Notes: generated by a model from the letters alone, not told the origin. 64,000 nt of DNA from an uncultured virus (IMG/VR IMGVR_UViG_3300026549_001205) (IMGVR_UViG_3300026549_001205), one strand, 5' to 3'. Shown: positions 39,224 to 49,797, numbered from the stretch's first letter. Made by a program: numbers and translations.

Positions 39224-39541
39224 TTATAAAGTCAGTTCGTAGAGCACTTCATACATGCGCTCTGAATCGATGTAGGTTTCTGATTTCTCCCAGTGAACTT
39301 CGTGGTCAGCGAAGATGTTCTGAAGCTTCTTTTCGAGCTTTGGACTCTTCTTATCTGTGTACAGCTCCACGTTCACTTCCGGGAATGATGCATACACGAT
39401 GTTGTCTGCGCTGAAAGTGTCCTCCCTGGGTGAAAGAAACACTAAAAAAGGAGGGTCCGGAGACTCCCCTTCAGCAAAGTGATCGTAGGCAAGCGGAAGG
39501 TCCGCTTCCTCAAGCATCGCTACTAATTTCTCGTATGGCAT
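39224..39541 (-). CDS. Tail terminator-like protein
   Basis: [27 protein letters not shown]; position in the module. Confidence 0.75.
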   Translation of the reverse strand: MPYEKLVAMLEEADLPLAYDHFAEGESPDPPFLVFLSPREDTFSADNIVYASFPEVNVELYTDKKSPKLEKKLQNIFADHEVHWEKSETYIDSERMYEVLYELTL

Positions 39542-39924
39542 GATCCTCCCTTCTCGAGAGCTGACTGAATATCCTCTTCCAGCTCCTTTACACCTTCCTG
39601 TTCAGCCGGTGCGATATGTGGAAAGGCTCTGGTTCTCCCACCGCCGCGCTTTGCATGACCGTGCTCCAGGAGATGTGTCAGCTGATACCTACCGGCATGA
39701 ACTGTCATGACAAGACGTTCGTTGTTCTCGTCTGTCTTCGTGATCTTCCAGGACTTTTTGTACTTGCCAGTGAGCTCCGGCGCGTTCGACTGGATATCCT
39801 TCTTTACCTTCTTTGCAACCTTCTCAACAGATTCCTTCATGGCATCCGTTGACAGGTCCTTGTACTCTTCGAGGCTTTTCATGATCTCATCCGACAACTG
39901 CTCCGGTTTAATTGTCTTGCTCAT
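39523..39924 (-). CDS. HK97 gp10-family protein
   Basis: AP..TGKY.KSW, YQLTHLLEHGHAKRGGGR...PHIAPA. Confidence 0.85.
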   Translation of the reverse strand: MSKTIKPEQLSDEIMKSLEEYKDLSTDAMKESVEKVAKKVKKDIQSNAPELTGKYKKSWKITKTDENNERLVMTVHAGRYQLTHLLEHGHAKRGGGRTRAFPHIAPAEQEGVKELEEDIQSALEKGGSCHTRN

Positions 39925-40250
39925 CGCTTCACCCTCTCACAATGAAATTTCAGGCTCCGGTGCTTGTACCCCATCGGGTTTACATAGAGGATGTTGTACA
40001 GCTTTCCGTCAGCAATGATCCGGTAGCCATCCGGCGTCACCTTTGATAGAAGCTCACAATATCGGGTTGTGAAATCGATGGCCTCCTTCGGATTTGTGGT
40101 TCCGGCTGCCTGTGCCTCCGTTCCGGATCCGGAGGCTGTAGCCCAGCATGTGATGTAATCTTCCGCATGGTTGGTGTGATTCTTATACTCATCAACATCC
40201 GTCACCTGTCTCTGAAACGTAATCCGGAGATTCAGTGCAGCAATATCCAT
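39921..40250 (-). CDS. Head closure / head-tail adaptor
   Basis: LNLRITFQ, CWA, RY, RII.DGK.YNI; position in the module. Confidence 0.8.
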   Translation of the reverse strand: MDIAALNLRITFQRQVTDVDEYKNHTNHAEDYITCWATASGSGTEAQAAGTTNPKEAIDFTTRYCELLSKVTPDGYRIIADGKLYNILYVNPMGYKHRSLKFHCERVKR

Positions 40251-40523
40251 TTAAAACACCACCTTTCGGGCACCAAAGAGAATCGACCGCAGCATCATCG
40301 TGAGCTCATGCATGTCGGCATCCTCACGATGTTCGTAAAGATAGCTGATCGCATAATAGGCTGCTGCCCTCACCACATCCTCGTTCTGCACAAACTCGTC
40401 ATCGGAGAGTCTTGCGACATCCTTCACGAGCTTTTCTGATGCAGAAATCAGCTGCGTAATATAGGCATCGTCATCTGAGAAATCCACGCGGAGTACAGAC
40501 TTTGCTTCATCAAGCGTGATCAT
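40251..40523 (-). CDS. Head-tail connector (gp6-like)
   Basis: TLDEAK..LRVD..DDD.YI, YLYEHRE. Confidence 0.88.
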   Translation of the reverse strand: MITLDEAKSVLRVDFSDDDAYITQLISASEKLVKDVARLSDDEFVQNEDVVRAAAYYAISYLYEHREDADMHELTMMLRSILFGARKVVF

Positions 40524-40586
40524 TTCTGCCTCCTAACAAAGCAGGGTGCCGGACCACTCCGACACCCCGTCAACAGTTACTTATTC

Positions 40587-41789
40587 TCAGGCACCTGCCT
40601 TCGCAGACAGGATCTTGACTGCCTCAGGAAGGACCAGCTTACCGTCGACTCTCTCCTTTGCAACGTAACCGATCATGCCGTTTCCAGCAAAGAGCTCGCG
40701 GAGCTCCTGGAAGGATCTGGTTCCACGGTCGCCGATGTTGTAGTAGGAGAAGTCACCGAATGCGATGCCGGAGTTGCCGGCATCAAGAGTCGGGCAGTAT
40801 GCGGAAGTGTGGATTGCATAGCCGCACAGACGATCCGGCTCACCTGCCTGGTAGGAAGGCTGCCAGATATAGCCTCCATTTGCATCCTTGAGCTTACGAA
40901 GTACCGCAAGCGTCTGGTCGTTCATAATGAAGGACGCATTCTTACGGTATGGACGTCTCAGGGAGTAAATGAGATCCAGGATGTTGTCAGACGTGAGCTT
41001 GCCGGCAGCAATCTCTACTGCCTTCTCGCCACCGCCCTTGTCTGCGAAGATGCCGAGTGGCTTGCCCTGACCATCACCATTCAGGAAGGCATCCTCCTCG
41101 GCGTTACCGATGGCACGGCCAAACTGGTCAATGATATATCCCTCGAGGTTGAAGGCATTATCATACAGGAGCTCTTCCGTGATCTTGATCGCCACATGGA
41201 GCTTGTGGGCATCCATCATGATCTGGTCAAAGGTTGCATCGCCAAAGGTCAATGCCTCGCCCTCCTCGATCCATGCTGCGGCCGGCTTGGTAGCAGCGAT
41301 GTTGATCTTGTGCTCACCAGAAGTGGTGATCGTAGTCGCCAATCCTCTGAAGATGTTCTCCTCATCGAGCTTGTCGATCAGTCTCTTGTCCCACTCAACC
41401 GGAACAAGATATCCGCCGTTGGCATCGTTTCCTTCCTCCAGAACGTTGCTGATCTGGTGGAAATTGGATCTCATCGCTGCCAGGAAATCGACAGTGTACT
41501 GATGAGAAGCTCTGCCGGTCAGCGGCTGGTCACCTGCGCCAGCACCAGGTCTTGCAGTGATCGGCTTGGAAGTCGGCATCGAAAGCTTGTTCTCCATATC
41601 AGCAAGGCGCTCAGATCTCTCGATCTCCTTAGTAAGATCACTGATCTCCTTCTCCATCTTGTCATAGGCAGCTCCATCCTCGGCAGACATGGTGCCATCC
41701 TCTGTTCTGTGCGTATCGAGAAACTTCTTTGCAGCTTCCCACGCAGTTGCTCTCTTGGTATAAAGTTCCTTCAGTTCCATTGTATTCAT
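40587..41789 (-). CDS. HK97-family major capsid protein
   Basis: GGYLVP, AAWIEEG, AEEDAFLNGDG..KPLG, LRKLKD.NG.YIW, FGDFSYY, ERVDG. Confidence 0.95.
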   Translation of the reverse strand: MNTMELKELYTKRATAWEAAKKFLDTHRTEDGTMSAEDGAAYDKMEKEISDLTKEIERSERLADMENKLSMPTSKPITARPGAGAGDQPLTGRASHQYTVDFLAAMRSNFHQISNVLEEGNDANGGYLVPVEWDKRLIDKLDEENIFRGLATTITTSGEHKINIAATKPAAAWIEEGEALTFGDATFDQIMMDAHKLHVAIKITEELLYDNAFNLEGYIIDQFGRAIGNAEEDAFLNGDGQGKPLGIFADKGGGEKAVEIAAGKLTSDNILDLIYSLRRPYRKNASFIMNDQTLAVLRKLKDANGGYIWQPSYQAGEPDRLCGYAIHTSAYCPTLDAGNSGIAFGDFSYYNIGDRGTRSFQELRELFAGNGMIGYVAKERVDGKLVLPEAVKILSAKAGA

Positions 41790-41794
41790 CCTCC

Positions 41795-42628
41795 TTAAAA
41801 TGCGTCCTTCATGGACTTGAGTCTCTGATAGCGATCGGCTACCGATATACGTGCTTTCACCAGCTCCTTTGCGGGTGCCGGAGTTTGCTTTCTTACATAG
41901 CTTTCCAGCTTATTTGTAACTGCCAGTTCAAATGGATGAGCTGCAAACAGCATCCCCGAGAAGTGGTCCTTCTCCTTGTCGGGTTCTTCATCCGGATTCT
42001 CATCCGAGTCTTCCTTCGGATCATCAGGATCCTCTTCAGGATCCTCCTTACCAAGTGGAATCCCGGACGGATCGTCTCTGGTAATTACCCCATCAGCAAA
42101 CCCGAACTCCACTGCCTTGTTTGCATCCATCCAGGTCTCGTCCTCCATAAGTTTTGAAAGCTTATTTCTGGAAAGACCCGTCTTCTCCTGATAGGCATTG
42201 ATGATGGAGTTCTTCACTTCGTTCAGCATGTCGATTGCCTTCTCCAAGTCACCGTGGTCTCCCATCGCTACTGTCGAAGGGTTATGGATCATCAGCATAC
42301 CGGTCGGTGAGATGAGGACCTCATCCCCTGCCATTGCAATGACAGATGCTGCCGAAGCCGCAAGTGAATCGATCTTCACTGTCACGTGGCCTTTGTAGTC
42401 ACGGAGCATGTTGTAGATCTGCGCTGCCGCGAAGCAGTCGCCTCCTGGACTGTTGATCCAGACTGTAATGTTTCCCTTGCCACTGGAAAGCTCATCCTTA
42501 AAGAGCTTCGGAGTGACATCGTCGTCGAACCAGGATTCCGAAGCGATCGCTCCATTAAGAAACAGAGCTCTTTCCTCTCCGGCCTCGTCCCTGACCCGGT
42601 TTGTTACCCATTTCCAGAACTTGTTCAT
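41795..42628 (-). CDS. ClpP-like head maturation protease
   Basis: WINSPGGD, AASAASVIAMAG, MIHNP, ETWM.A..AV..GFAD. Confidence 0.93.
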   Translation of the reverse strand: MNKFWKWVTNRVRDEAGEERALFLNGAIASESWFDDDVTPKLFKDELSSGKGNITVWINSPGGDCFAAAQIYNMLRDYKGHVTVKIDSLAASAASVIAMAGDEVLISPTGMLMIHNPSTVAMGDHGDLEKAIDMLNEVKNSIINAYQEKTGLSRNKLSKLMEDETWMDANKAVEFGFADGVITRDDPSGIPLGKEDPEEDPDDPKEDSDENPDEEPDKEKDHFSGMLFAAHPFELAVTNKLESYVRKQTPAPAKELVKARISVADRYQRLKSMKDAF

Positions 42629-43889
42629 CGCTATCTCCTTCCTGTTCTGAATCTGTCTGCTGCTTGTAGGCAGCGCCTGCGTACTTCAGCGGTACCATTG
42701 ATCCGTTCACGAGATACAGGTTGCCGCCTTCCTCATCCGGAATCCGGTCGAGGTTTTCCAGCTCCCTTACATCATTGACAGACATGAAACCGTTATTGAT
42801 GCCGGTCGCATAGCCCTGCATCCTGGATGCATAGTCACCGCGGAGAAGGCCATCCACGTTAAAGCGGATGAAGTAGTTCTTCTTTTCGTCCGGTGTCAGC
42901 AGCACCCTCTGCATTGCCTGCTCCCAGCGGACCAGCCAAGGCTGAAGTGTGTACTGCACGAACTCCAGTGACTGTTCCTCTATATTCGAAAAAGTCGCAT
43001 GCTCCAGGTCCCCGATCATGTGAGGCGGGATCCTGAAAATGCGTGCGATCTCATCAAGTTGAAACTTTCTGGTTTCCAAAAACTGCGCCTGCTCCGGGCT
43101 GATGGAAATGGGCGTGAACTTCATACCCTCTTCCAGGACAGCCACGCGGTTGCCCCTGTGAGGCCCGCCATAGGCTTCCTCCCAGGCCTTACGGACCTTC
43201 TCCGGATCCTTCAACACGCCAGGGTGCTCAAGCACTGCTCCAGGATTCGCACCGTTGGCAAAAAATGAAGCGCCGTACTCTTCGCAGGCGCTTGCCATAC
43301 CAATCGCATTCTTAGCCATCGCGATCGGGCTGTATCCGACCAGGCCATCAAAGCCAAGCCCCGGGATATGCAGCACATCCTCCGGCCTAAGAATCACCGA
43401 TCCTGTTTTCATGGTCGGAGCTTCATCCTGGTATTTCTGGTATTCGTAATAGATTCTTCCCTGCTCATCGCGGTCGACTTTCATGCGGTCCGGCATCAGC
43501 GGATAAAGAGATACCACCTCTCCTTTCCCGTTCCGGATGATCTGCGCGTAGGCATTTCCAAATAATAGAAGATGCGTCATCAGCGTCTCCCGGAAGGAGA
43601 AGCTCGTCATCTCTGGATTTGGTTCATCATGGAGAAGCAGGTACAACGGATGGTTAGTTGCACGCTCCTTGGCTCCGTCCTTACCGTAGCGGTAAGTGAT
43701 CAGTGGAAGGCCTGCCACTGCCTCCGCAAGAACTCGGACGCAGCAGTAAACTGCCGTAAGCTGCATCGATGACCGCTGGGTTACCGAGGTTCCTGAGCTG
43801 GTCCTTCCAATGAAGGGCCGATAGGAATCACCCGGCAGGCTGTTTCTGGGCTCTGCTCTTGATTTGAAAATTCTTGAAAAGATACTCAT
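42555..43889 (-). CDS. HK97-family portal protein
   Basis: AVYCCVRVLAE.VA.LP, HPLY.LL..EPN, VLHI.G...DGL.G.SPI, AQFLETRKF, FSNIEEQ. Confidence 0.95.
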   Translation of the reverse strand: MSIFSRIFKSRAEPRNSLPGDSYRPFIGRTSSGTSVTQRSSMQLTAVYCCVRVLAEAVAGLPLITYRYGKDGAKERATNHPLYLLLHDEPNPEMTSFSFRETLMTHLLLFGNAYAQIIRNGKGEVVSLYPLMPDRMKVDRDEQGRIYYEYQKYQDEAPTMKTGSVILRPEDVLHIPGLGFDGLVGYSPIAMAKNAIGMASACEEYGASFFANGANPGAVLEHPGVLKDPEKVRKAWEEAYGGPHRGNRVAVLEEGMKFTPISISPEQAQFLETRKFQLDEIARIFRIPPHMIGDLEHATFSNIEEQSLEFVQYTLQPWLVRWEQAMQRVLLTPDEKKNYFIRFNVDGLLRGDYASRMQGYATGINNGFMSVNDVRELENLDRIPDEEGGNLYLVNGSMVPLKYAGAAYKQQTDSEQEGDSDEQVLEMGNKPGQGRGRRGKSSVS

Positions 43890-43898
43890 GTGTACTCC

Positions 43899-45515
43899 TT
43901 AAAACACGATCAATCCGCGTTCGTCATAAACGCTCGTTGTGTTCTCATGCCGAATGCAGCGATCCAGCGCCATGATGGCTGCAACAATGCCATCGATTTT
44001 CTCCGGCGACTTTGCTTTCGTAGGTTTGATGTTCTCAGCTGCATCACGGTCGACGACTACATTTCCGCTCATCCATCTCATGACCGGGTTACCGCCGTGG
44101 ATGATCTTTCCTTCCATCAGGAGCTTGTAGAACTCCTTAGTAGGTGGCGACATATCCTTAAAGCCCTGGCCAAATGCAACCATTGTGAATCCGTCGTCGG
44201 TCAGGTTCTGGATGAGCTGTGTTGCGTTCCATCTATCAACTGCAATCTCTTTGATGTTGTATTTCTCGTACAGCTTGTTGATGAAGGCTTCGATGAAGTT
44301 GTAGTCGATCACGTTACCTTCGGTCGCTTGCAGGTAACCCTGCTGATACCAGACGTCATATGGGACAGATGCCCGTCTCACTCGAAGAGGGATCGTGTCC
44401 TTGGGTACCCAGAAAAAAGGCAGCATAATGTATTTCTCATCCTCAGTCCTCGGTGGAAACATCAGGACAAGGGCTGTGATATCTCCGGTGCTCGAAAGAT
44501 CGAGCCCGCCGTAACACTCCCTGCCAGCTAAAGCATCCACATCGATTGGGATATTTCCTTTGTCGTAGATTTGCTCCGGAATAAACCGTGTGATCGAAGA
44601 GACCCACATGTTGAGTCGAAGCTGCTTGAACACGTTCTCCTCTGCCGGATTCTCCAATGCCTGGTGATACATATCCCGGACACGATCAATCTGGATCGTC
44701 TGCCCTAGGGAGGGATTCGCTTTGTACCAGTTCTTCTCGTCGTGCCAGTCATCCTGGTCGGTAAGGCCATAGACCACCGGGTAGAAAGTGTGGTCCACTT
44801 TTCTGTCTGCCAGAAGATCCAGTGCCTTGGTGTGCAGCTCATAGCAAATGCTCTCCTTATCCGTTCCGGCTGTCGTAATCAGGAAGTACAACGGTTGCTC
44901 TCTGGCATCGCCGGAGCCCTGGGTCAAAACGTCATATAACTTCCGATTTGGCTGGGCGTGTACCTCATCCAGCACCAAGCCAGAGACATTTAAACCATGC
45001 TTGGTCCCGACCTCGGCGGACAGGACCTGGTAGAAACCCGCGTTCTTGTAATTGACGATTCTCTTCGTGGCTGCCATGATCTTGGAGCGCTTCATCAGCG
45101 CTGGTGTCATGCGGACCATCTGGTGAGCAACATCGAAGACAATTGACGCCTGCTGCCGGTCAGCCGCAGCGCCATAGACTTCTGCGGATGGCTCATTGTC
45201 TGCGTACAAAAGATAGAGAGCAACGGCCGCTGCCAGTTCTGACTTTCCGTTCTTCTTCCCGATCTCGATGTAGGCTGTCCGGAACTGCCGGTGCCCGTTC
45301 TCATCAACGATCCCGAAGATGTCCCGGATGATCTGCTCCTGCCAGGGAAGCAGCCAGAACTGCTTGCCTGCCCATTTGCCCTTGGTGTGCTTCAGGTTCT
45401 CGATAAACCGGACCGCCCGATCTGCTTTCTTCTTGTCATAGTGAGAAGCTGGCAGCATAAACCGGCTCGTCTTGTAGTTTTTCAGTTTTGGATAATCTGC
45501 CGGTCTCTCTGTCAT
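43899..45515 (-). CDS. terL: Terminase large subunit
   Basis: LLPWQ, KKNGKS, DEVH, ITTAG, GLDLS, KIDG.VA.IMAL. Confidence 0.95.
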   Translation of the reverse strand: MTERPADYPKLKNYKTSRFMLPASHYDKKKADRAVRFIENLKHTKGKWAGKQFWLLPWQEQIIRDIFGIVDENGHRQFRTAYIEIGKKNGKSELAAAVALYLLYADNEPSAEVYGAAADRQQASIVFDVAHQMVRMTPALMKRSKIMAATKRIVNYKNAGFYQVLSAEVGTKHGLNVSGLVLDEVHAQPNRKLYDVLTQGSGDAREQPLYFLITTAGTDKESICYELHTKALDLLADRKVDHTFYPVVYGLTDQDDWHDEKNWYKANPSLGQTIQIDRVRDMYHQALENPAEENVFKQLRLNMWVSSITRFIPEQIYDKGNIPIDVDALAGRECYGGLDLSSTGDITALVLMFPPRTEDEKYIMLPFFWVPKDTIPLRVRRASVPYDVWYQQGYLQATEGNVIDYNFIEAFINKLYEKYNIKEIAVDRWNATQLIQNLTDDGFTMVAFGQGFKDMSPPTKEFYKLLMEGKIIHGGNPVMRWMSGNVVVDRDAAENIKPTKAKSPEKIDGIVAAIMALDRCIRHENTTSVYDERGLIVF

Positions 45516-45988
45516 TCACCATCGCCTCCGAGTAATTCCTCCATGTCATCGGAAGGACCAGTGTTGTTGCTGTCCGCAACGATCCGGCTCCTGGATGCGG
45601 GCGTTAATCCGAACTGCTCTGCAAAGCGGTTCATGACCTTCAGGTAGGTCTGTGCGATCGATACCTGCGGGACCTGCTGCCAGTAACCGGAAGGTGTCCG
45701 GACGATCGTCCCATGCTGAGTGATAAATTCTTCAGCTTCTTTCCACCGGGCATAGGCCTGGCAGTATCCGGCGAATGCAGCCATATCGACTTCCGTCAGA
45801 ATTCCAAGCTGCTCCATCTGCTTTGCGAGTCTCTTCCATTCCTTTTTTGCTTCCGGCTCCAGCCACTTCGGACAGCTCGGTGCTTTCTTCAGCGGCTTCG
45901 GTTCCGAATTATTCAGCGGGCGCTTACCAGGATTGCCTTCGAGGACCTTCAACGCGGTCGGCGTCGGCTTTCTTCCTCTGGTAGCCAT
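45512..45988 (-). CDS. terS: Terminase small subunit, P27 family
   Basis: GRKPTPT.LK.LEGNPGKR, FGLTPASRSRI. Confidence 0.93.
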   Translation of the reverse strand: MATRGRKPTPTALKVLEGNPGKRPLNNSEPKPLKKAPSCPKWLEPEAKKEWKRLAKQMEQLGILTEVDMAAFAGYCQAYARWKEAEEFITQHGTIVRTPSGYWQQVPQVSIAQTYLKVMNRFAEQFGLTPASRSRIVADSNNTGPSDDMEELLGGDGE

Positions 45989-46109
45989 GCCACATCCCTC
46001 CTTCCCGGTTTTCTGTATAAGAAAAGGACCAGCTATAGCCAGTCCTCAATAATCTATGTGTACGAGAGAAGGGAGCCTCGTGGCTCCCACCTCCCGGTCG
46101 CTTTCGTTT

Positions 46110-46352
46110 TCAGTTGTACTGTTGCATAATGATCTGGCAGGCGCTTGCCGTTGCCTCATCCTCCGGTTCCATGTCCCAGCCTCTGTCGTAGTTAGCTGTG
46201 TACCTGCCGTTTACCTTGATCGCGAGCTTTGAAATCCTGCCGCCATCGATGCCGTACTCCTCACTTGGCTCATCAAAATGCTTCACCCAGTATTTGCATA
46301 CCGTATAGGTTCCGTCTCCGTTTGGTATTCCAATCGATCCCTGGCTCCACAT
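46110..46352 (-). CDS. Conserved phage hypothetical protein
   Basis: YWVK.FDEPS..YGI.GGRISKL, NYDRGWD..P. Confidence 0.75.
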   Translation of the reverse strand: MWSQGSIGIPNGDGTYTVCKYWVKHFDEPSEEYGIDGGRISKLAIKVNGRYTANYDRGWDMEPEDEATASACQIIMQQYN

Positions 46353-46366
46353 GGCTTTACCTCCTC

Positions 46367-46807
46367 TCAGTCAATGGTGAGAAGGAAGCCGTGTTTCTTA
46401 TCGAAGGTTGCTTCCGCATCACCGAAATGGTAGCTCTTGTTGCCATTGACCTCGATCATGCCCTGGCTCTTGGCGCCAGCCTGTTCGAATTTCCAAAGGC
46501 TCTCAAGTGCTGAAGTCCAGCCGCTTGTGAAGGTGAACGCCTTGATTCCGTATGTGCGGAAGGTTTCAAGAATGTGCTCTTCATCCTCGTAGGTTCCGTC
46601 CAGGTCGATGTAGGTGTTTTCGCGTTCCTTCATCTGTGTGTAGAGGCGCATCAGGTTTCCGTAATCTTTTCCTTCGGCCCTGACTTCCTCAAGGAGTACA
46701 TGGTAGTCGGCTCTGGCCTTTTCTCCGGCTTCCTCACTCTTTCCTGCTGCCTCATAGGCTTTGTTGATGGCTTCGTACCTTCTGTAGTCTTTTTCAAGTG
46801 ATCTCAT
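46367..46807 (-). CDS. Hypothetical protein
   Basis: GGAGGT RBS before ATG 46807; GIKAFTFTSGWT. Confidence 0.7.
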   Translation of the reverse strand: MRSLEKDYRRYEAINKAYEAAGKSEEAGEKARADYHVLLEEVRAEGKDYGNLMRLYTQMKERENTYIDLDGTYEDEEHILETFRTYGIKAFTFTSGWTSALESLWKFEQAGAKSQGMIEVNGNKSYHFGDAEATFDKKHGFLLTID

Positions 46808-46923
46808 GTTTTTTACCTCCGTATGTGTTTTCCCTTTCGGTACTGTATTAATCACTCTGCGGCGGCACTATATCCAGTTAATTCTGACAGATAAACTACA
46901 CAAGATTGAAGGCTCAATCTTGT

Positions 46924-47328
46924 CTATTTTTGTACTCCGGTCATGATGAAGTCGGTATATTCTTTCCGGTGATCCTCAAGAAAAATGACAAGGTCGAAGC
47001 ATTCAAGATCAAAAGCGATCCTCTGCACAGCCGGAATATCAAACATGTTAGTCTTCCCGGTATCGCGGACCTTCAAGATCTGGTCCTTGATTCTATCCGT
47101 CAGTACCTTTGGTACTACCTGGCATGCATCTTCACCGAATGCAACTGAAAGGCTGCTGCCATTGTCCCAGGAAACCATGATAGAACCAATGTCATCAACT
47201 CCCTTGACAGTGCCCAGGGTACCGACTGGCGGCGCCTGGGGATCATCCATCCTTACTAGTTCTACACGGCTTCCAATCGGATATTCCTTCCGGATGCGCT
47301 CGACTACTTCCTTACTCGGAAACTGCAT
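46924..47328 (-). CDS. DUF4314-like + DUF5049-like fusion protein
   Basis: YP.G.RVELV.MDD..APP.GT.GTV..VDD.G...V.WD.GS.L, then QIL.VRDTG.TNMFD...VQ. Confidence 0.75.
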   Translation of the reverse strand: MQFPSKEVVERIRKEYPIGSRVELVRMDDPQAPPVGTLGTVKGVDDIGSIMVSWDNGSSLSVAFGEDACQVVPKVLTDRIKDQILKVRDTGKTNMFDIPAVQRIAFDLECFDLVIFLEDHRKEYTDFIMTGVQK

Positions 47329-48202
47329 CGCTTGTCACCTCCTCGGCCTGCTTGGCGGCTTTGGCGGCTGCACGCTTTGCCTTTGACTTTTCCTTTGCCG
47401 CGTCGATCTGCTCCTGGGTCCTGAAGGCGATGTGGCCAGAAAGGTTCCTAAGAAGGATCGCCCTGGTGGTCTTGTAGTCACTACCTTTCATGCCTAAGCG
47501 AAGAAGCCAGATCCTGGTGATGTATTTCTCGTTGCTGTCGTCGACCTCCTTCGCCATGATCCGTTTCTGTTCTCTGGCGGCTTTGGTCATCAGGGAAGCA
47601 AGATCCATAAAGGCCTTGACCTCATCGGCATCCTCTGCCTCCGGGAATCCGGTGAAGCGGATCCGGTCATCGGTAAACTCGATGCCGGCAAGTTCTCCGG
47701 CGTGGTTCTTGATGCATGCGATTGCCTTCTCCAGGCTTTCCGTATTCTCATCCTGCTGGAGTTCCTTTACCAGAGCCTCGGTTACTGTAAAGGTGCTACC
47801 GATGGCCTTGGCAAGAAGTCCTGCTCTCGAGTAGATCTCGCTCACCAGGTTCCGGATCGATATCCCGGTATGCCCTTCCAGCGGGAGTTCGATGTTCAGC
47901 TCGATTGGGAATGTTTCGGTCGATTCTTCGGTCTCTTCCTCAGCTGCTTCTTCAGGCTCCTTGGTTTCTGCTGCAGGCAGCTCCGTACCCTCAATAAGAT
48001 CTTCCTCTGCCAGGGTGTTGATGATGTTCTGATCCATGTCGGTATCCTCCACCATAAGGCTTCCGTCCTTCCCGATCGTGTAAGCTCCGACTGTGTAAGT
48101 ACAGTCCGGCATCCCGTTGTAATGCGGCTTAATTCCGGTGAGCTCTCCGAGTCTCTTTACCAGGGCCTTTCTGTCGTCTGTCTTCTTTGTGAATGTAAGC
48201 AT
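47312..48202 (-). CDS. Phage 'virulence-associated'-type hypothetical protein
   Basis: RKALV..L....G....Y.GMP...Y.VG; NEKY..R.WLLRLG..G..YK..R..LL.NLSG..AF. Confidence 0.7.
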   Translation of the reverse strand: MLTFTKKTDDRKALVKRLGELTGIKPHYNGMPDCTYTVGAYTIGKDGSLMVEDTDMDQNIINTLAEEDLIEGTELPAAETKEPEEAAEEETEESTETFPIELNIELPLEGHTGISIRNLVSEIYSRAGLLAKAIGSTFTVTEALVKELQQDENTESLEKAIACIKNHAGELAGIEFTDDRIRFTGFPEAEDADEVKAFMDLASLMTKAAREQKRIMAKEVDDSNEKYITRIWLLRLGMKGSDYKTTRAILLRNLSGHIAFRTQEQIDAAKEKSKAKRAAAKAAKQAEEVTSDAVSE

Positions 48203-48346
48203 GTTCTTTTCTCCTTTCGCTTTCTGATGCTGTTTACCTTTTCGGTGTCCTATACATCACTCTGCGGCGAAGGATTATCCAGTCATTTCGACCGGATTTT
48301 CAAAGATTGACCTATTACACAAATGTGCCTGGTAAAATTGTGCATT

Positions 48347-48532
48347 TTAGGATGATCTCTTTTTCTCTGCCTTCTTGCGGTTGTATTCCTCGATATAGTG
48401 GATCTGCTCTTCGTCTTCCCGCATATGATCCTCATCCTGCATCTGGCCAGCGTTCAGGATTGCTGCCGCTGCGCAGAACAGGATAGAGAGAACTACTGCG
48501 ATAACGATCAGGACAATAATAAAGACGATCAT
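48347..48532 (-). CDS. Small single-TM protein
   Basis: Hydrophobic N-terminus and charged tail; overlaps the methylase stop codon. Confidence 0.55.
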   Translation of the reverse strand: MIVFIIVLIVIAVVLSILFCAAAAILNAGQMQDEDHMREDEEQIHYIEEYNRKKAEKKRSS

Positions 48533-49797
48533 GACTCTTCCTCATCCAGTGTCTGACAGACTTCCGAAAGGGTCAGCTCCTGCCCTTCCCGGATGACCTT
48601 GATTTCATCCCGGAGATCCTTGCCGGTATCCTTCTCGTGGAGCCAGAACCGCTTCACAATGACATCGACAAACTTCGGATCAAGCTCGATGCCTCTGCAG
48701 ACACGGTTTGTCTCCTGGCATGCGATCAGTGTGGACCCAGATCCCAGGAATGGATCGAGAACGATGCCGTTCGTCGCGGAGGAGTTCCGGATTGGGTAGC
48801 TCATGAGGACGACCGGCTTCATGGTCGGATGGTCCTTCGAAGACCGTGGCTTATCATATTCCCAGACGGTGGTCTGCTTCCTGTCGGAGTACCACTTGTG
48901 GCTGCCCTTCAGCTTCCAGCCAAAGAGGCAGGGCTCATGAATCCACTGGTATGGTGATCGACCCAGGACCAGAGAGTTCTTCTTCCAGATGCAGCAACCG
49001 GAAAGATAAAAGCCTGCATCCTTAAATGCCTTACGGAAGTTCAGTCCTTCTGTGTCGGCGTGCCAGATGTAGATGGATCCGTCATCCGCCAGGTTTGCGT
49101 ACATGGCTTTGAAGGCAGCCAGGAGGAAGTTGTAGAAATCCTCATCCGGCATGTTGTCGTTCTTGATCTTGCCGGCAGTCTCCTCGACATCAACGTTGTA
49201 CGGAGGATCGGTCAGGACCAGGTTGGCCTGTTGCCCTTCCATGAGCTTCACATAGTTTTCTTCATTAGTGGAGTCGCCGCAGAGAACACGGTGCTTTCCC
49301 AAGATCCAGAGGTCTCCTTCTTTGGAGAAGGTCGGCTTCTCGAGTTCCTTGTCAACATCGTAGTCATCTTCCTTCACATCCTGATCGTGCACCTTATTAA
49401 AAAGCTGTTCGATCTCAGGCGGCTCGAAACCGGTCTTCCCGACATCGAAATCGCTGTCCTGGATATCTGCCAGCAGATCAGCCAGCATTGCCTCGTCCCA
49501 GGAACCAGTGATCTTATTGAGCGCAATGTTCAGTGCTTTCTCTCTGACCTTATCCACATCGACGACTGCGCAGGGTACTTCGGTAAACCCAAGGTCCATC
49601 GCAACGGTCAGTCTCTGATGGCCGCCGATGATCGTCATGTCAGAATTTACAACCAGCGGATCCGCAAAACCGAACTCATCAATGGAATCCTTGATCTTCT
49701 GATATTCCTTGTCGCCCGGCTTCAGCTTCTTCCTCGGGTTGTAGGCAGCCGGCTTCAAATCCTTCACCGGCAGAACCTTTAACTCTGCTGTTTTCAT
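48529..49797 (-). CDS. ParB-domain + N6/N4 DNA methyltransferase
   Basis: L.PA.YNPR, IIGGHQR, TDPPYNV, HPTMKP, LDPFLGSGST; start at ATG 49797 after GGAGGAG. Confidence 0.92.
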   Translation of the reverse strand: MKTAELKVLPVKDLKPAAYNPRKKLKPGDKEYQKIKDSIDEFGFADPLVVNSDMTIIGGHQRLTVAMDLGFTEVPCAVVDVDKVREKALNIALNKITGSWDEAMLADLLADIQDSDFDVGKTGFEPPEIEQLFNKVHDQDVKEDDYDVDKELEKPTFSKEGDLWILGKHRVLCGDSTNEENYVKLMEGQQANLVLTDPPYNVDVEETAGKIKNDNMPDEDFYNFLLAAFKAMYANLADDGSIYIWHADTEGLNFRKAFKDAGFYLSGCCIWKKNSLVLGRSPYQWIHEPCLFGWKLKGSHKWYSDRKQTTVWEYDKPRSSKDHPTMKPVVLMSYPIRNSSATNGIVLDPFLGSGSTLIACQETNRVCRGIELDPKFVDVIVKRFWLHEKDTGKDLRDEIKVIREGQELTLSEVCQTLDEEES

